Shown one piece after another: positions 10,333 to 18,996 of a stretch of 64,000 bases of DNA. Made by a program: the position numbers and the translations under genes. The notes beneath the pieces were generated by a model. That model did no database searches. It saw only the letters and a program-made list of their open reading frames with translations, and had not been told where the DNA came from. The stretch comes from SAR116 cluster bacterium AG-321-A13 (GTDB taxonomy: Bacteria; Pseudomonadota; Alphaproteobacteria; Puniceispirillales; Marisalimonadaceae): positions 448 through 64,447 of the forward strand of contig QBXD01000003.1 of assembly GCA_003283875.1 (NCBI GenBank). The letters run 5' to 3'. How positions within the stretch are numbered: the stretch's first letter is position 1; every line of letters starts with the position of its first letter.

Positions 10333-10977
10333 TTGTCTGAAAAAAAAGATAAACCTAAAATAGATAATGAAGCTAATAATGAGGATGAAAAGGTAGTCGA
10401 AACTGAAAAGACTTCAGATGAAGATCCTAATGATATCAATGTAAATGAATTAAATGAACCCAATGATGGTAATAATAATACAAACCTTGAAAATCAAATA
10501 AAAGATTTAAAAGATCAGTTAATGAGAACATTGGCAGACAGTGAAAACCTAAGAAAGCGTACTATCAAAGAAGTTGAGCATGCAAAAAAATATAGTCATA
10601 TTACTTTTGTAAGAGATTTAGTTTCTTCTGTTGACAATTTGCAAAGAGCTTTAGAGTCTGTACCTGACGATAAGTCTAAATTACCTGAACCCGTAAAGAA
10701 TTTAATAATAGGTTTAGATATTGTTGAGAAAGAAATAGTTACTACTTTTGAAAAGCATAATTTAAAACAAATTTGTCCACTTGGCGAAAAGTTTGATTAT
10801 AACTTTCATCAGGCTATGTTCGAGGTACCTACAAATGATAGTAAGCCTGGTACTGTTGTTGAAGTTTCTCAAAAAGGGTATTTACTACATGACAGACTAG
10901 TTAGACCTGCAATGGTGGGTATTTCAAAAAAAATTGAAGACGTAGAAATTAAAGATAAAAAAACTGATGAAATCTAA
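10333..10977 (+). CDS. grpE: Nucleotide exchange factor GrpE
   Basis: RTLADSENLRKR, DNLQRAL, GEKFDYNFHQAM, GYLLHDRLVRPAMV; TTG start after a GGAG SD. Confidence 0.96.
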   Translation: MSEKKDKPKIDNEANNEDEKVVETEKTSDEDPNDINVNELNEPNDGNNNTNLENQIKDLKDQLMRTLADSENLRKRTIKEVEHAKKYSHITFVRDLVSSVDNLQRALESVPDDKSKLPEPVKNLIIGLDIVEKEIVTTFEKHNLKQICPLGEKFDYNFHQAMFEVPTNDSKPGTVVEVSQKGYLLHDRLVRPAMVGISKKIEDVEIKDKKTDEI

Positions 10978-11002
10978 TAATGATAATTTAATTTTTCATA
11001 AT

Positions 11003-11030
11003 CTTGTAAATACAACAACTTAACCCATAT
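11003..11030 (+). promoter_or_regulatory. Probable sigma-32 (RpoH) heat-shock promoter of dnaK-dnaJ
   Basis: CTTG (11003-6), 17 nt, then CCCATAT (11024-30), matching the RpoH consensus CTTG-N17-CC(C/T)ATNT. Confidence 0.7.
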
Positions 11031-11067
11031 TAAGTTTGTTGATAATTCAAATTTAGGGAGTTTTTAA

Positions 11068-12987
11068 ATGGCTAAAGTTATCGGTATTGATTTGGGTACT
11101 ACCAATTCATGTGTATCTGTGATGGATGGGAAATCACCAAAAATCATTGAAAACAGTGAGGGTGCAAGAACAACCCCTTCTATGGTTGGTATTACTGATG
11201 ATGAAAGATTAGTTGGCCAGCCAGCAAAAAGACAAGCTGTCACTAATCCTGAAAACACTCTCTTTGCAATTAAAAGATTAATTGGACGGAGGCACGATGA
11301 TAAATATTCAAAAAAATTTTCTGAATTAGTTCCTTATAAAATTATTTCTGCAAAAAACGGTGATGCCTGGGTCCAGGCTAATGGCCAAGACTATGCACCC
11401 TCAGAAGTTTCTAGCTTTATATTAAGAAAACTTAAAGAAGATGCAGAAGCATTTCTGGGTGAAACAGTGGATAAGGCAGTTATTACTGTTCCAGCTTACT
11501 TCAATGACGCTCAAAGACAAGCTACTAAAGACGCTGGAAAAATAGCAGGTTTAGAAGTTTTAAGAATTATTAATGAGCCAACAGCCGCAGCATTAGCGTA
11601 TGGTCTTGATAAGAAAGAAAGTGGAACCATAGCTGTATACGATCTTGGTGGAGGTACATTTGATGTTTCCATTCTCGAAGTAGGAGACGGAGTTTTTGAG
11701 GTAAAATCCACTAACGGAGATACATTCTTAGGTGGCGAGGATTTTGACCAACGTATTATAGATTATATTGCAGAACAATTTAAAAAAGATAATGGCATTG
11801 ATTTAAGATCAGACAAATTAGCTCTGCAAAGAATGAAGGAGGCTGCAGAAAAAGCTAAAATAGAGCTTTCAAGTGCAGCCCAAACTGACGTTAATTTGCC
11901 TTTTGTTACCGCAGACGCAAGCGGACCAAAACATCTAAATGTCAAATTAACAAGATCTCAATATGAAAGTCTTGTCGATGATTTGATCACAAAAAGTATT
12001 GATCCTTGTAAAGCGGCCCTTAAAGATGCTGGCGTAAGTGCTAGTGATATTGATGAAGTAATTTTGGTAGGGGGTATGACCAGAATGCCAAAAATTATTG
12101 AAGCTGTTACTTCTTTTTTTAAAACAGAGCCGCATAGAGGTGTTAACCCTGATGAGGTTGTAGCTTCAGGTGCAGCTATTCAGGGTGGCGTTTTAATGGG
12201 AGACGTTAAGGACGTACTTTTACTTGACGTTACACCTTTATCATTAGGTATTGAAACATTAGGTGGGGTATTTACTAGGTTAATTGATCGAAACACAACT
12301 ATACCTTCAAAAAAATCCCAAATATTCTCAACTGCTGAAGATAATCAATCTGCTGTTACCATTCGTGTATCCCAAGGTGAAAGAGAAATGGCATCAGACA
12401 ATAAATCGCTAGGAGAATTTAATCTTGAAGGTATTGCATCAGCACCTAGGGGTGTCCCTCAAATAGAAGTGACTTTTGACATTGATGCAAATGGAATAGT
12501 TAATGTTAGTGCTCAAGATAAAGCTACTGGCAAAGCTCATAATATAACCATTCAAGCTTCTGGTGGCCTTGATGATAATGAGATTGAAAGAATGGTCAAA
12601 GAAGCTGAGGACAACGCCGAAGCAGATAAAGAAAAAAGAGAAGCTATTGATGTTCGAAATCAAGCTGAATCAATGATACATGGTGCCGAAAAGTCTCTAA
12701 CTGATTTAGGTGATAAAGCTGATCCTAGCGCCAAAAATGAAGTTGAAAATGCAATTGGAGAGGTTAAAACATCGCTTGAAGGCGAAGATATTTCAACTAT
12801 AAAAGATAAAACGTCGGCTTTATCTGCAATAATGATGAAGATGGGAGAGGCAGCCTACAAGGCAAATCAAGAAAATAATCAAGAAAATTCCGAAAAAACT
12901 GATACGTCAAATGAGAACAAAGAAGATGTTGTAGATGCTGACTTTGAAGAGGTAAAGGATAACGAAGAAAAGAAAGACGCTTCATAA
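11068..12987 (+). CDS. dnaK: Chaperone DnaK (Hsp70)
   Basis: [46 protein letters not shown]. Confidence 0.99.
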   Translation: MAKVIGIDLGTTNSCVSVMDGKSPKIIENSEGARTTPSMVGITDDERLVGQPAKRQAVTNPENTLFAIKRLIGRRHDDKYSKKFSELVPYKIISAKNGDAWVQANGQDYAPSEVSSFILRKLKEDAEAFLGETVDKAVITVPAYFNDAQRQATKDAGKIAGLEVLRIINEPTAAALAYGLDKKESGTIAVYDLGGGTFDVSILEVGDGVFEVKSTNGDTFLGGEDFDQRIIDYIAEQFKKDNGIDLRSDKLALQRMKEAAEKAKIELSSAAQTDVNLPFVTADASGPKHLNVKLTRSQYESLVDDLITKSIDPCKAALKDAGVSASDIDEVILVGGMTRMPKIIEAVTSFFKTEPHRGVNPDEVVASGAAIQGGVLMGDVKDVLLLDVTPLSLGIETLGGVFTRLIDRNTTIPSKKSQIFSTAEDNQSAVTIRVSQGEREMASDNKSLGEFNLEGIASAPRGVPQIEVTFDIDANGIVNVSAQDKATGKAHNITIQASGGLDDNEIERMVKEAEDNAEADKEKREAIDVRNQAESMIHGAEKSLTDLGDKADPSAKNEVENAIGEVKTSLEGEDISTIKDKTSALSAIMMKMGEAAYKANQENNQENSEKTDTSNENKEDVVDADFEEVKDNEEKKDAS

Positions 12988-13014
12988 ATATACAGATATA
13001 CTTAAGGTATAAAA

Positions 13015-14115
13015 ATGGCACGTGATTATTACGATATATTAGGCTTATCTAAATCAGCATCTGATAGTGAAATTAAGTCTTCGTATCGCAAGCTAGCCAT
13101 GAAATATCATCCTGATAGAAATCCTGGTGATAAAAAAGCCGAAGAAAAATTCAAAGAAATTTCTGAATCTTACGAAATACTTAAGGATCCTCAAAAAAAA
13201 GCAGCATATGATCAGTACGGTCATGCCGCTTTTTCCCAAGGTTCTAGTAGCGGAGCTTCTGGTGGATTTTCAGGGTTTGGGAGTGGTGGATTTTCTGATA
13301 TATTTGAAGATATGTTTGGTATGGGAGGAGGTTCTGAAAGAAGATCAGCATCCACAGGATCAGACTTAAGATATGACTTGTCGGTTTCACTAGAACAAGC
13401 TTACTCAGGTGATCAAGTTGAAATTTCTTTAACAGTACCGACAAAGTGTGAAGCTTGTAATGGATCAGGAGCTAATAAAGGATCTCAACCAAAACAATGT
13501 AGCCAATGTGGTGGATATGGAAAAGTGAGAGCCCAACAAGGTTTCTTTACAATTGAAAGAACGTGTGCGGCGTGTTCTGGTGCGGGCGAAATCATTGGAG
13601 ACCCTTGTAGAGTTTGTAAAGGTCAGGGACGAGTTAATAAAAATAAAAAACTTTCTGTAAATGTGCCTGCAGGTGTAGATAATGGGACCCGCATTCGCCT
13701 TTCAGGTGAGGGAGAAGCTGGAGCAAGAGGCTCATCACCCGGAGATTTATATATTTTCATTGATATTAAAGACCACTCTATATTTCAAAGAGATGGCAAG
13801 GACACATTTATTGAGGTTCCTGTCTCATTTATTGACGCTGTTTTAGGAAACTCAATACAAGTTCCTTGTATCGATGGTTCAAAAGCCAAAATGAATTTAA
13901 GTTCTGGAACACAAAGTGGTACTCGTTTGCGAATGAAAGGTAAAGGTATGCCTGGATTGCGAGGTGGAGCTAGGGGCGATCAGTATGTCCAAATAAATGT
14001 GGAAACGCCAGTTGGTATTTCAAGAAAACAAGAAGATTTATTTAAACAGATTAAAGATTTAGGTGTTGACAAAATTAGCCCCAAGACTAGTAGATTTAAA
14101 AAACTAATACAATAA
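13015..14115 (+). CDS. dnaJ: Chaperone DnaJ
   Basis: J domain with HPD, G/F-rich region, four CxxCxGxG zinc-finger repeats. Confidence 0.98.
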   Translation: MARDYYDILGLSKSASDSEIKSSYRKLAMKYHPDRNPGDKKAEEKFKEISESYEILKDPQKKAAYDQYGHAAFSQGSSSGASGGFSGFGSGGFSDIFEDMFGMGGGSERRSASTGSDLRYDLSVSLEQAYSGDQVEISLTVPTKCEACNGSGANKGSQPKQCSQCGGYGKVRAQQGFFTIERTCAACSGAGEIIGDPCRVCKGQGRVNKNKKLSVNVPAGVDNGTRIRLSGEGEAGARGSSPGDLYIFIDIKDHSIFQRDGKDTFIEVPVSFIDAVLGNSIQVPCIDGSKAKMNLSSGTQSGTRLRMKGKGMPGLRGGARGDQYVQINVETPVGISRKQEDLFKQIKDLGVDKISPKTSRFKKLIQ

Positions 14116-14165
14116 TTGATATTAATGTATAACATAATTTATGTAATCGTAAAAAAGAGCTAAAT

Positions 14166-14978
14166 ATGAAAAAAATCTCTGTTTCTATTCCAGGTGGAAA
14201 TGGTCGCATGGGTAAAACATTACTTGGTTTAATTATAGAAAATGAAAAATTTAATTTATCTAGTTCCACTTGTTTACCGAATGAAGATGAGGTTGGCATT
14301 GATATTGGAGTATTAGTTGGTAAGGCCAAGATTTCTAAAGAATTAAATACTGATACTTCATCTTTATTTCAAAATTCAGATGTACTCATTGACTTTACTG
14401 TTCCAGAAGCAACCATGTTTCACGCAAGAAAATGCTATGAAAATAATTTGTCTATAGTAATAGGAACTACTGGATTAAACAAACTTCAAGAAGAAGAATT
14501 GCTTAACTTATCAAAAAAGATTCCTATAGTCTATTCTGCAAATTTCTCTATAGGAGTGACTCTATTATCTAGTTTAGTTTCAAATTCAACACAAATGTTA
14601 GGTGCTGAATGGGATATTGAAATACTAGAGATGCACCATAAACATAAAATAGATGCTCCATCGGGTACAGCATTGTTGCTTGGAAAATCAGCGGCAGAAG
14701 CACGAGGTCAAGACTTATCAAGTGTAAAGTCAGTCTCAAGAAATGGTATAGTTGGAAAAAGAAATGAATCCGAAATAGGTTTTGCAGTTTTAAGAGGAGG
14801 GGATGTTGTGGGAGAACATTCTGTAATTTTTTCCAGCTCTGGAGAAAGAATAGAATTAGTTCATAAGGCCACCGACAGGTCAATTTTTGCTTCAGGAGCT
14901 TTGAGAGCATCTCATTGGGCTGCGACAGCAGACCCTGGTTTATATAGTTTATCAGATGTTCTAATAAATGGTGGGTAG
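14166..14978 (+). CDS. dapB: 4-hydroxy-tetrahydrodipicolinate reductase
   Basis: GRMG, DFTVP, VIGTTG, ANFSIGV, EMHHKHKIDAPSGTA, RGGDVVGEH. Confidence 0.97.
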   Translation: MKKISVSIPGGNGRMGKTLLGLIIENEKFNLSSSTCLPNEDEVGIDIGVLVGKAKISKELNTDTSSLFQNSDVLIDFTVPEATMFHARKCYENNLSIVIGTTGLNKLQEEELLNLSKKIPIVYSANFSIGVTLLSSLVSNSTQMLGAEWDIEILEMHHKHKIDAPSGTALLLGKSAAEARGQDLSSVKSVSRNGIVGKRNESEIGFAVLRGGDVVGEHSVIFSSSGERIELVHKATDRSIFASGALRASHWAATADPGLYSLSDVLINGG

Positions 14979-14981
14979 GAA

Positions 14982-15536
14982 TTACGGATATCTATCTATT
15001 TTGTTATTTATTTCCTCTAGACATTTTTTAGGTTTAATTTTTCCATAAAGTTTTGTAGATCGTGTTTGTATATGTTTGACATAATAACTATTCTTTCTTT
15101 TAAGAAAGAAAATATCTAAAAAACAGCTTGAAAAATAATATTGATAACTTTTTAATCTACCCTCTTCTTTGATAAAATCACTTTGACCCATCTTTTGGAC
15201 TAATTTTTTTTCAGACCAATTTTTAATTACATCAAGTTTAAATATTTTAGTTTTAGTTATGTTTAAGTTTTTACTAAGAGCAACAGTTTTAACTTTTTGT
15301 TTCTGTTTGGGCATGTTTATTGGTGCCATTTCAATTTCATTTGAGGGTTTATTTTTATCAATGTCGTCAATTTTAGTTTTTGTACTTTTTTCTTTCAAAT
15401 TATCTACTTCTTTATACTGTATCTCGTCTCTTTTTTTAGTATCAAGAAAAATATTTTGATGTTTGAAGGTATGGCAAGAACTAAGAAATAAAATTAGGGT
15501 AAAGTTTAAGATTATTTTGTTTAGATTTGATTTCAT
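14982..15536 (-). CDS. Hypothetical lipoprotein
   Basis: Signal peptide with lipobox FLSSC, Lys-rich linker, compact C-terminal domain with two Cys; fills the gap between dapB and the PfkB gene. Confidence 0.65.
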   Translation of the reverse strand: MKSNLNKIILNFTLILFLSSCHTFKHQNIFLDTKKRDEIQYKEVDNLKEKSTKTKIDDIDKNKPSNEIEMAPINMPKQKQKVKTVALSKNLNITKTKIFKLDVIKNWSEKKLVQKMGQSDFIKEEGRLKSYQYYFSSCFLDIFFLKRKNSYYVKHIQTRSTKLYGKIKPKKCLEEINNKIDRYP

Positions 15537-15596
15537 AAATGATATTCATAAATATTGTTAACTATTAAGTCTAATTAAAAATTAATTTTTAGGAAA

Positions 15597-16574
15597 ATGA
15601 TAATGTCAAATTATCAAATTTGTTTTATTGGGAATGCTATTGTAGATATCATCTCTAAATTTTCGGATGAAAATTTAAAAGAACTAAAAATCCCGAAGGG
15701 ATCTATGCAACTTATAGATGAAAAGTCATCTAATTTAATTTTAAATTATTTAAAAAATCCAATCATAATTTCTGGTGGTAGTGCAGCAAATACTGCTGTA
15801 GGTTTCAGTTCATTTGGAGGAAACTGTTCTTTCATTGGACAAATAGGTAACGATGATTTTGGAATTTTATTTTCAAAAGATCTTAATAACTCTGGTGTTT
15901 TTTTTGAAAATAAAATTACTCAGACATTCGGAAAAACCTCAAAGAGTATTGTTTTAGTTACCCCAGATGCAGAAAGAAGTATGAATACATATTTAGGAGC
16001 AAGTGTTCAATTTAACATAGATTGTATTAACACAGATTTAATTATTAATAGCAAAATAATTTATATAGAAGGCTATTTATTTGATCAAGATGATGCCAAA
16101 AAAGCCATTTATTATTGTTGTAAATTAGCCAAAGTTTATAATTGTAAGGTGGCCTTAAGTTTGTCAGATTTATTTTGTGTGGATAGACATAGAGAAGAAT
16201 TTTCTGATTTGATTAGTGAATTTGTTGATATTATTTTTGCTAATGAGGCAGAGATAAAAAGTTTATATCAATTGAATTTGCAAGAAAGTTTAAAAAAAAT
16301 TAAAAAAAATGTAGAGGTTGGAGCAATTACTTTGGGATCTAAAGGTTCCATCGTTTTTCAAAATCAGATTGAAAATTTAGTAACTCCCATTACAGTAAAT
16401 GATCTAGTGGATACAACTGGTGCAGGTGATATATTTGCTTCGGGATTTCTGTTTGGTTTAGCTAATAAATACTCAATTGAAGATTGTGGAAAATTAGGAA
16501 GTAAGGTAGCTGCAGATATAATTAAATATTATGGCGCAAGACCTAGAGTTCCTCTTAAAACATTTCTTAATTAG
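15597..16574 (+). CDS. PfkB-family carbohydrate kinase (adenosine kinase-like)
   Basis: GNAIVD, KGSMQL, GGSAANT, ERSMNTYLGA, EGYL, FANEAE, DTTGAGDIFASGF. Confidence 0.9.
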   Translation: MIMSNYQICFIGNAIVDIISKFSDENLKELKIPKGSMQLIDEKSSNLILNYLKNPIIISGGSAANTAVGFSSFGGNCSFIGQIGNDDFGILFSKDLNNSGVFFENKITQTFGKTSKSIVLVTPDAERSMNTYLGASVQFNIDCINTDLIINSKIIYIEGYLFDQDDAKKAIYYCCKLAKVYNCKVALSLSDLFCVDRHREEFSDLISEFVDIIFANEAEIKSLYQLNLQESLKKIKKNVEVGAITLGSKGSIVFQNQIENLVTPITVNDLVDTTGAGDIFASGFLFGLANKYSIEDCGKLGSKVAADIIKYYGARPRVPLKTFLN

Positions 16575-18855
16575 AATATAAAGAATTGTAAGTTGCAATA
16601 GATGCAGAATTAACGATATCTGATACAGATGAACCCATTTGTACAATTTGAAATGGTTTTTCCCCACCTATCATTAGAGGACCTAAGATTGAACCTCCTC
16701 CAAGTTTTTGTAATAACTTAAAAGAAATATTGGCAGATAAAAGACTCGGCATAATTAGAACATTAGCTGGGCCAGAAAGTCTACAAAATGGATAATTTTC
16801 TTTAATGAGATCGTAATCTAAAGCAACTTCAGGTGTCATTTCACCGTCAAACTCAAAATCAACATTTCTCGTATTCAATATATTTACTGCTTCTTTTAAG
16901 TTTTTTGAACTAGGTCTGGTTAAGCTCCCAAAATTAGAAAAAGACAATAAGGCCACACGGGGAGTATAACCCAGACTTTTAACTGTATTAGCTATACCTG
17001 TGGCAATATTAGCTAATTGTTCTGCATTTGGCATATCATGTATATTTACGTCACCAATAAAAACAGTCCGCTCTTTAGAAACCATCATGGACATTGACAA
17101 AAAACTTTCATCATTTTTTGTTGAAATAACTTTTGTAATGTCATCAAAGCATCGTCCAAAAGGTCTAGTCACTCCAGTAACCATAGCATCTGCGTCACCA
17201 GCAGACACCATAGATGCAGCAAAAACATTCCTATCTTGGTTAATTAATCGTTGACAATCCCTTCTTAAATGTCCGTATCGATGAAGTCGTTCATATAGAC
17301 TATCTGTATATTTTTTATTGTTTTTACTTAAACTGGCATTATGAATTATTAATTCATTTAGACCTTCCAAGTTAACTTGTTCCATAGTTTCTTTAACTCT
17401 ATTTTCTCTTCCAATTAAGATTGGAATTCCAAAGCCTGAATTATAAAATGATAACGCTGCTCGTATAGTTTTTTCTTCTTCACCTTCAGCAAAAACAACT
17501 TTTTGTTTTTTACTTTTTATTCTTGATTTTATTGGTTCTAGAATAGAGGCTATAGGGTTAGTTCTACCTTCTAATTCTCTTCTATATACTTCTAAATTTT
17601 TAATAGGCTTTTTTGCAACGCCAGTATCCATTGCGGCTTTTGCAACTGCAGATGAGACAGACGAAATAAGTCTTGGATCAAAAGGAGCAGGTATTATGTA
17701 ATCATTACCGTAATGTAATTGTACTCCATGATAAGCAGCATTAACCTCATCAGGAACATCCTCTCTAGCTAATTCAGCAATAGCATTTGCTGCAGCAATT
17801 TTCATTTCATCATTAATCATGGTTGCTCTTACATCAAGAGCACCTCTAAAGATATAAGGAAATCCGAGCACGTTATTTACTTGATTAGGATAATCAGATC
17901 TTCCAGTAGCTATAATAGCATCTGATCTTACACTCCTTACTTCTTCTGGCATAATCTCTGGTGTTGGATTTGCCATAGCAAATATAATTGGTTTATCAGC
18001 CATACTTTGCACCATTTTTTTTGTAACAGAACCTGGAACAGATAATCCTAAGAAAACATCTGAATTTTTAAAAGCATCTTCTAAAGTTCTAGCTTTTGTA
18101 TCTACAGTATGCCCAGATTTCCATTGATTCATATTAGTTTGCCTACCTTTGTATATAACCCCATCTCGGTCTACTAAAATAACGTTTTTATTTTGTGCTC
18201 CCATACCTTTTAAAAGTTCAACACAAGCTATAGAAGCTGCACCTGCCCCATTACAAACAAACTTTGTTTCTTTTATTTTTCTATTAGTTAAATGAAGTGC
18301 ATTTATTATTCCAGCAGCAGTAACAATTGCTGTCCCGTGTTGATCATCATGAAAAACTGGAATCTTCATTTTTTCTCTTAATCTTTGTTCAATTATAAAA
18401 CAATCAGGAGCTTTTATGTCTTCTAGATTAACACCGCCAAAACTCGGCTCAAGTAAGGAAACTGCGTCAATAAATTTTTCTGTATCTTCCGTATCTATTT
18501 CTAAATCAATACCATCAACATCAGCAAATTTTTTAAACAATACAGCTTTTCCCTCCATTACAGGTTTTGATGCAGAAGCACCAATATTACCGAGACCTAA
18601 AACGGCTGTTCCATTTGAAATAACTGCAACTATGTTTCCTTTAGAAGTATAGTCATAAATTGTTTCGGGTGTCTTTTCTATCTCAATACATGGTGTTGCT
18701 ACACCTGGTGAGTATGCTAAAGATAAATCATGAGAACTAATTAAAGGTGTTGTTGGTGTTATTTCTAATTTACCAGGGCGACCTTTTTTGTGATAATCTA
18801 GAGCTTCTTTTTCTAAATTTGATTTTATAGTATCATCTTTTTTGTTAGTAGACAT
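16567..18855 (-). CDS. maeB: NADP-dependent malic enzyme with C-terminal phosphotransacetylase-like domain
   Basis: LAYSPGVA, SNGTAVLGLG, KPVMEGK, FHDDQHGTA, GRSDYPNQVNN; PTA-like VFAEGEEE, LLSFSNFGS, DGEM. Confidence 0.97.
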   Translation of the reverse strand: MSTNKKDDTIKSNLEKEALDYHKKGRPGKLEITPTTPLISSHDLSLAYSPGVATPCIEIEKTPETIYDYTSKGNIVAVISNGTAVLGLGNIGASASKPVMEGKAVLFKKFADVDGIDLEIDTEDTEKFIDAVSLLEPSFGGVNLEDIKAPDCFIIEQRLREKMKIPVFHDDQHGTAIVTAAGIINALHLTNRKIKETKFVCNGAGAASIACVELLKGMGAQNKNVILVDRDGVIYKGRQTNMNQWKSGHTVDTKARTLEDAFKNSDVFLGLSVPGSVTKKMVQSMADKPIIFAMANPTPEIMPEEVRSVRSDAIIATGRSDYPNQVNNVLGFPYIFRGALDVRATMINDEMKIAAANAIAELAREDVPDEVNAAYHGVQLHYGNDYIIPAPFDPRLISSVSSAVAKAAMDTGVAKKPIKNLEVYRRELEGRTNPIASILEPIKSRIKSKKQKVVFAEGEEEKTIRAALSFYNSGFGIPILIGRENRVKETMEQVNLEGLNELIIHNASLSKNNKKYTDSLYERLHRYGHLRRDCQRLINQDRNVFAASMVSAGDADAMVTGVTRPFGRCFDDITKVISTKNDESFLSMSMMVSKERTVFIGDVNIHDMPNAEQLANIATGIANTVKSLGYTPRVALLSFSNFGSLTRPSSKNLKEAVNILNTRNVDFEFDGEMTPEVALDYDLIKENYPFCRLSGPANVLIMPSLLSANISFKLLQKLGGGSILGPLMIGGEKPFQIVQMGSSVSDIVNSASIATYNSLYSN

Positions 18856-18996
18856 TTTCCCCTCAAAAACTTAAAATAATCAGTTATTAACTATAACTTA
18901 CTTTTTTAAAAAGGTCTTAATAAATTATATTTTATCCATTAATGATTAAACTATGAATAAAGTTGATTTAAGCTCTTTAAAAGGAAACTTTTTATT

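Noticed and set aside
15541-15596. CtrA boxes in the spacer upstream of the PfkB kinase
   Set aside because: Four TTAA tetramers are present, but none has the required 7-nt spacing.
16567-17530. Malic enzyme-phosphotransacetylase fusion as a novelty
   Set aside because: This is the standard, well-described MaeB architecture.
18932-18940. DnaA-box-like TTATCCATT upstream of mutS
   Set aside because: Only a 7/9 match with the conserved CACA end broken; expected by chance.
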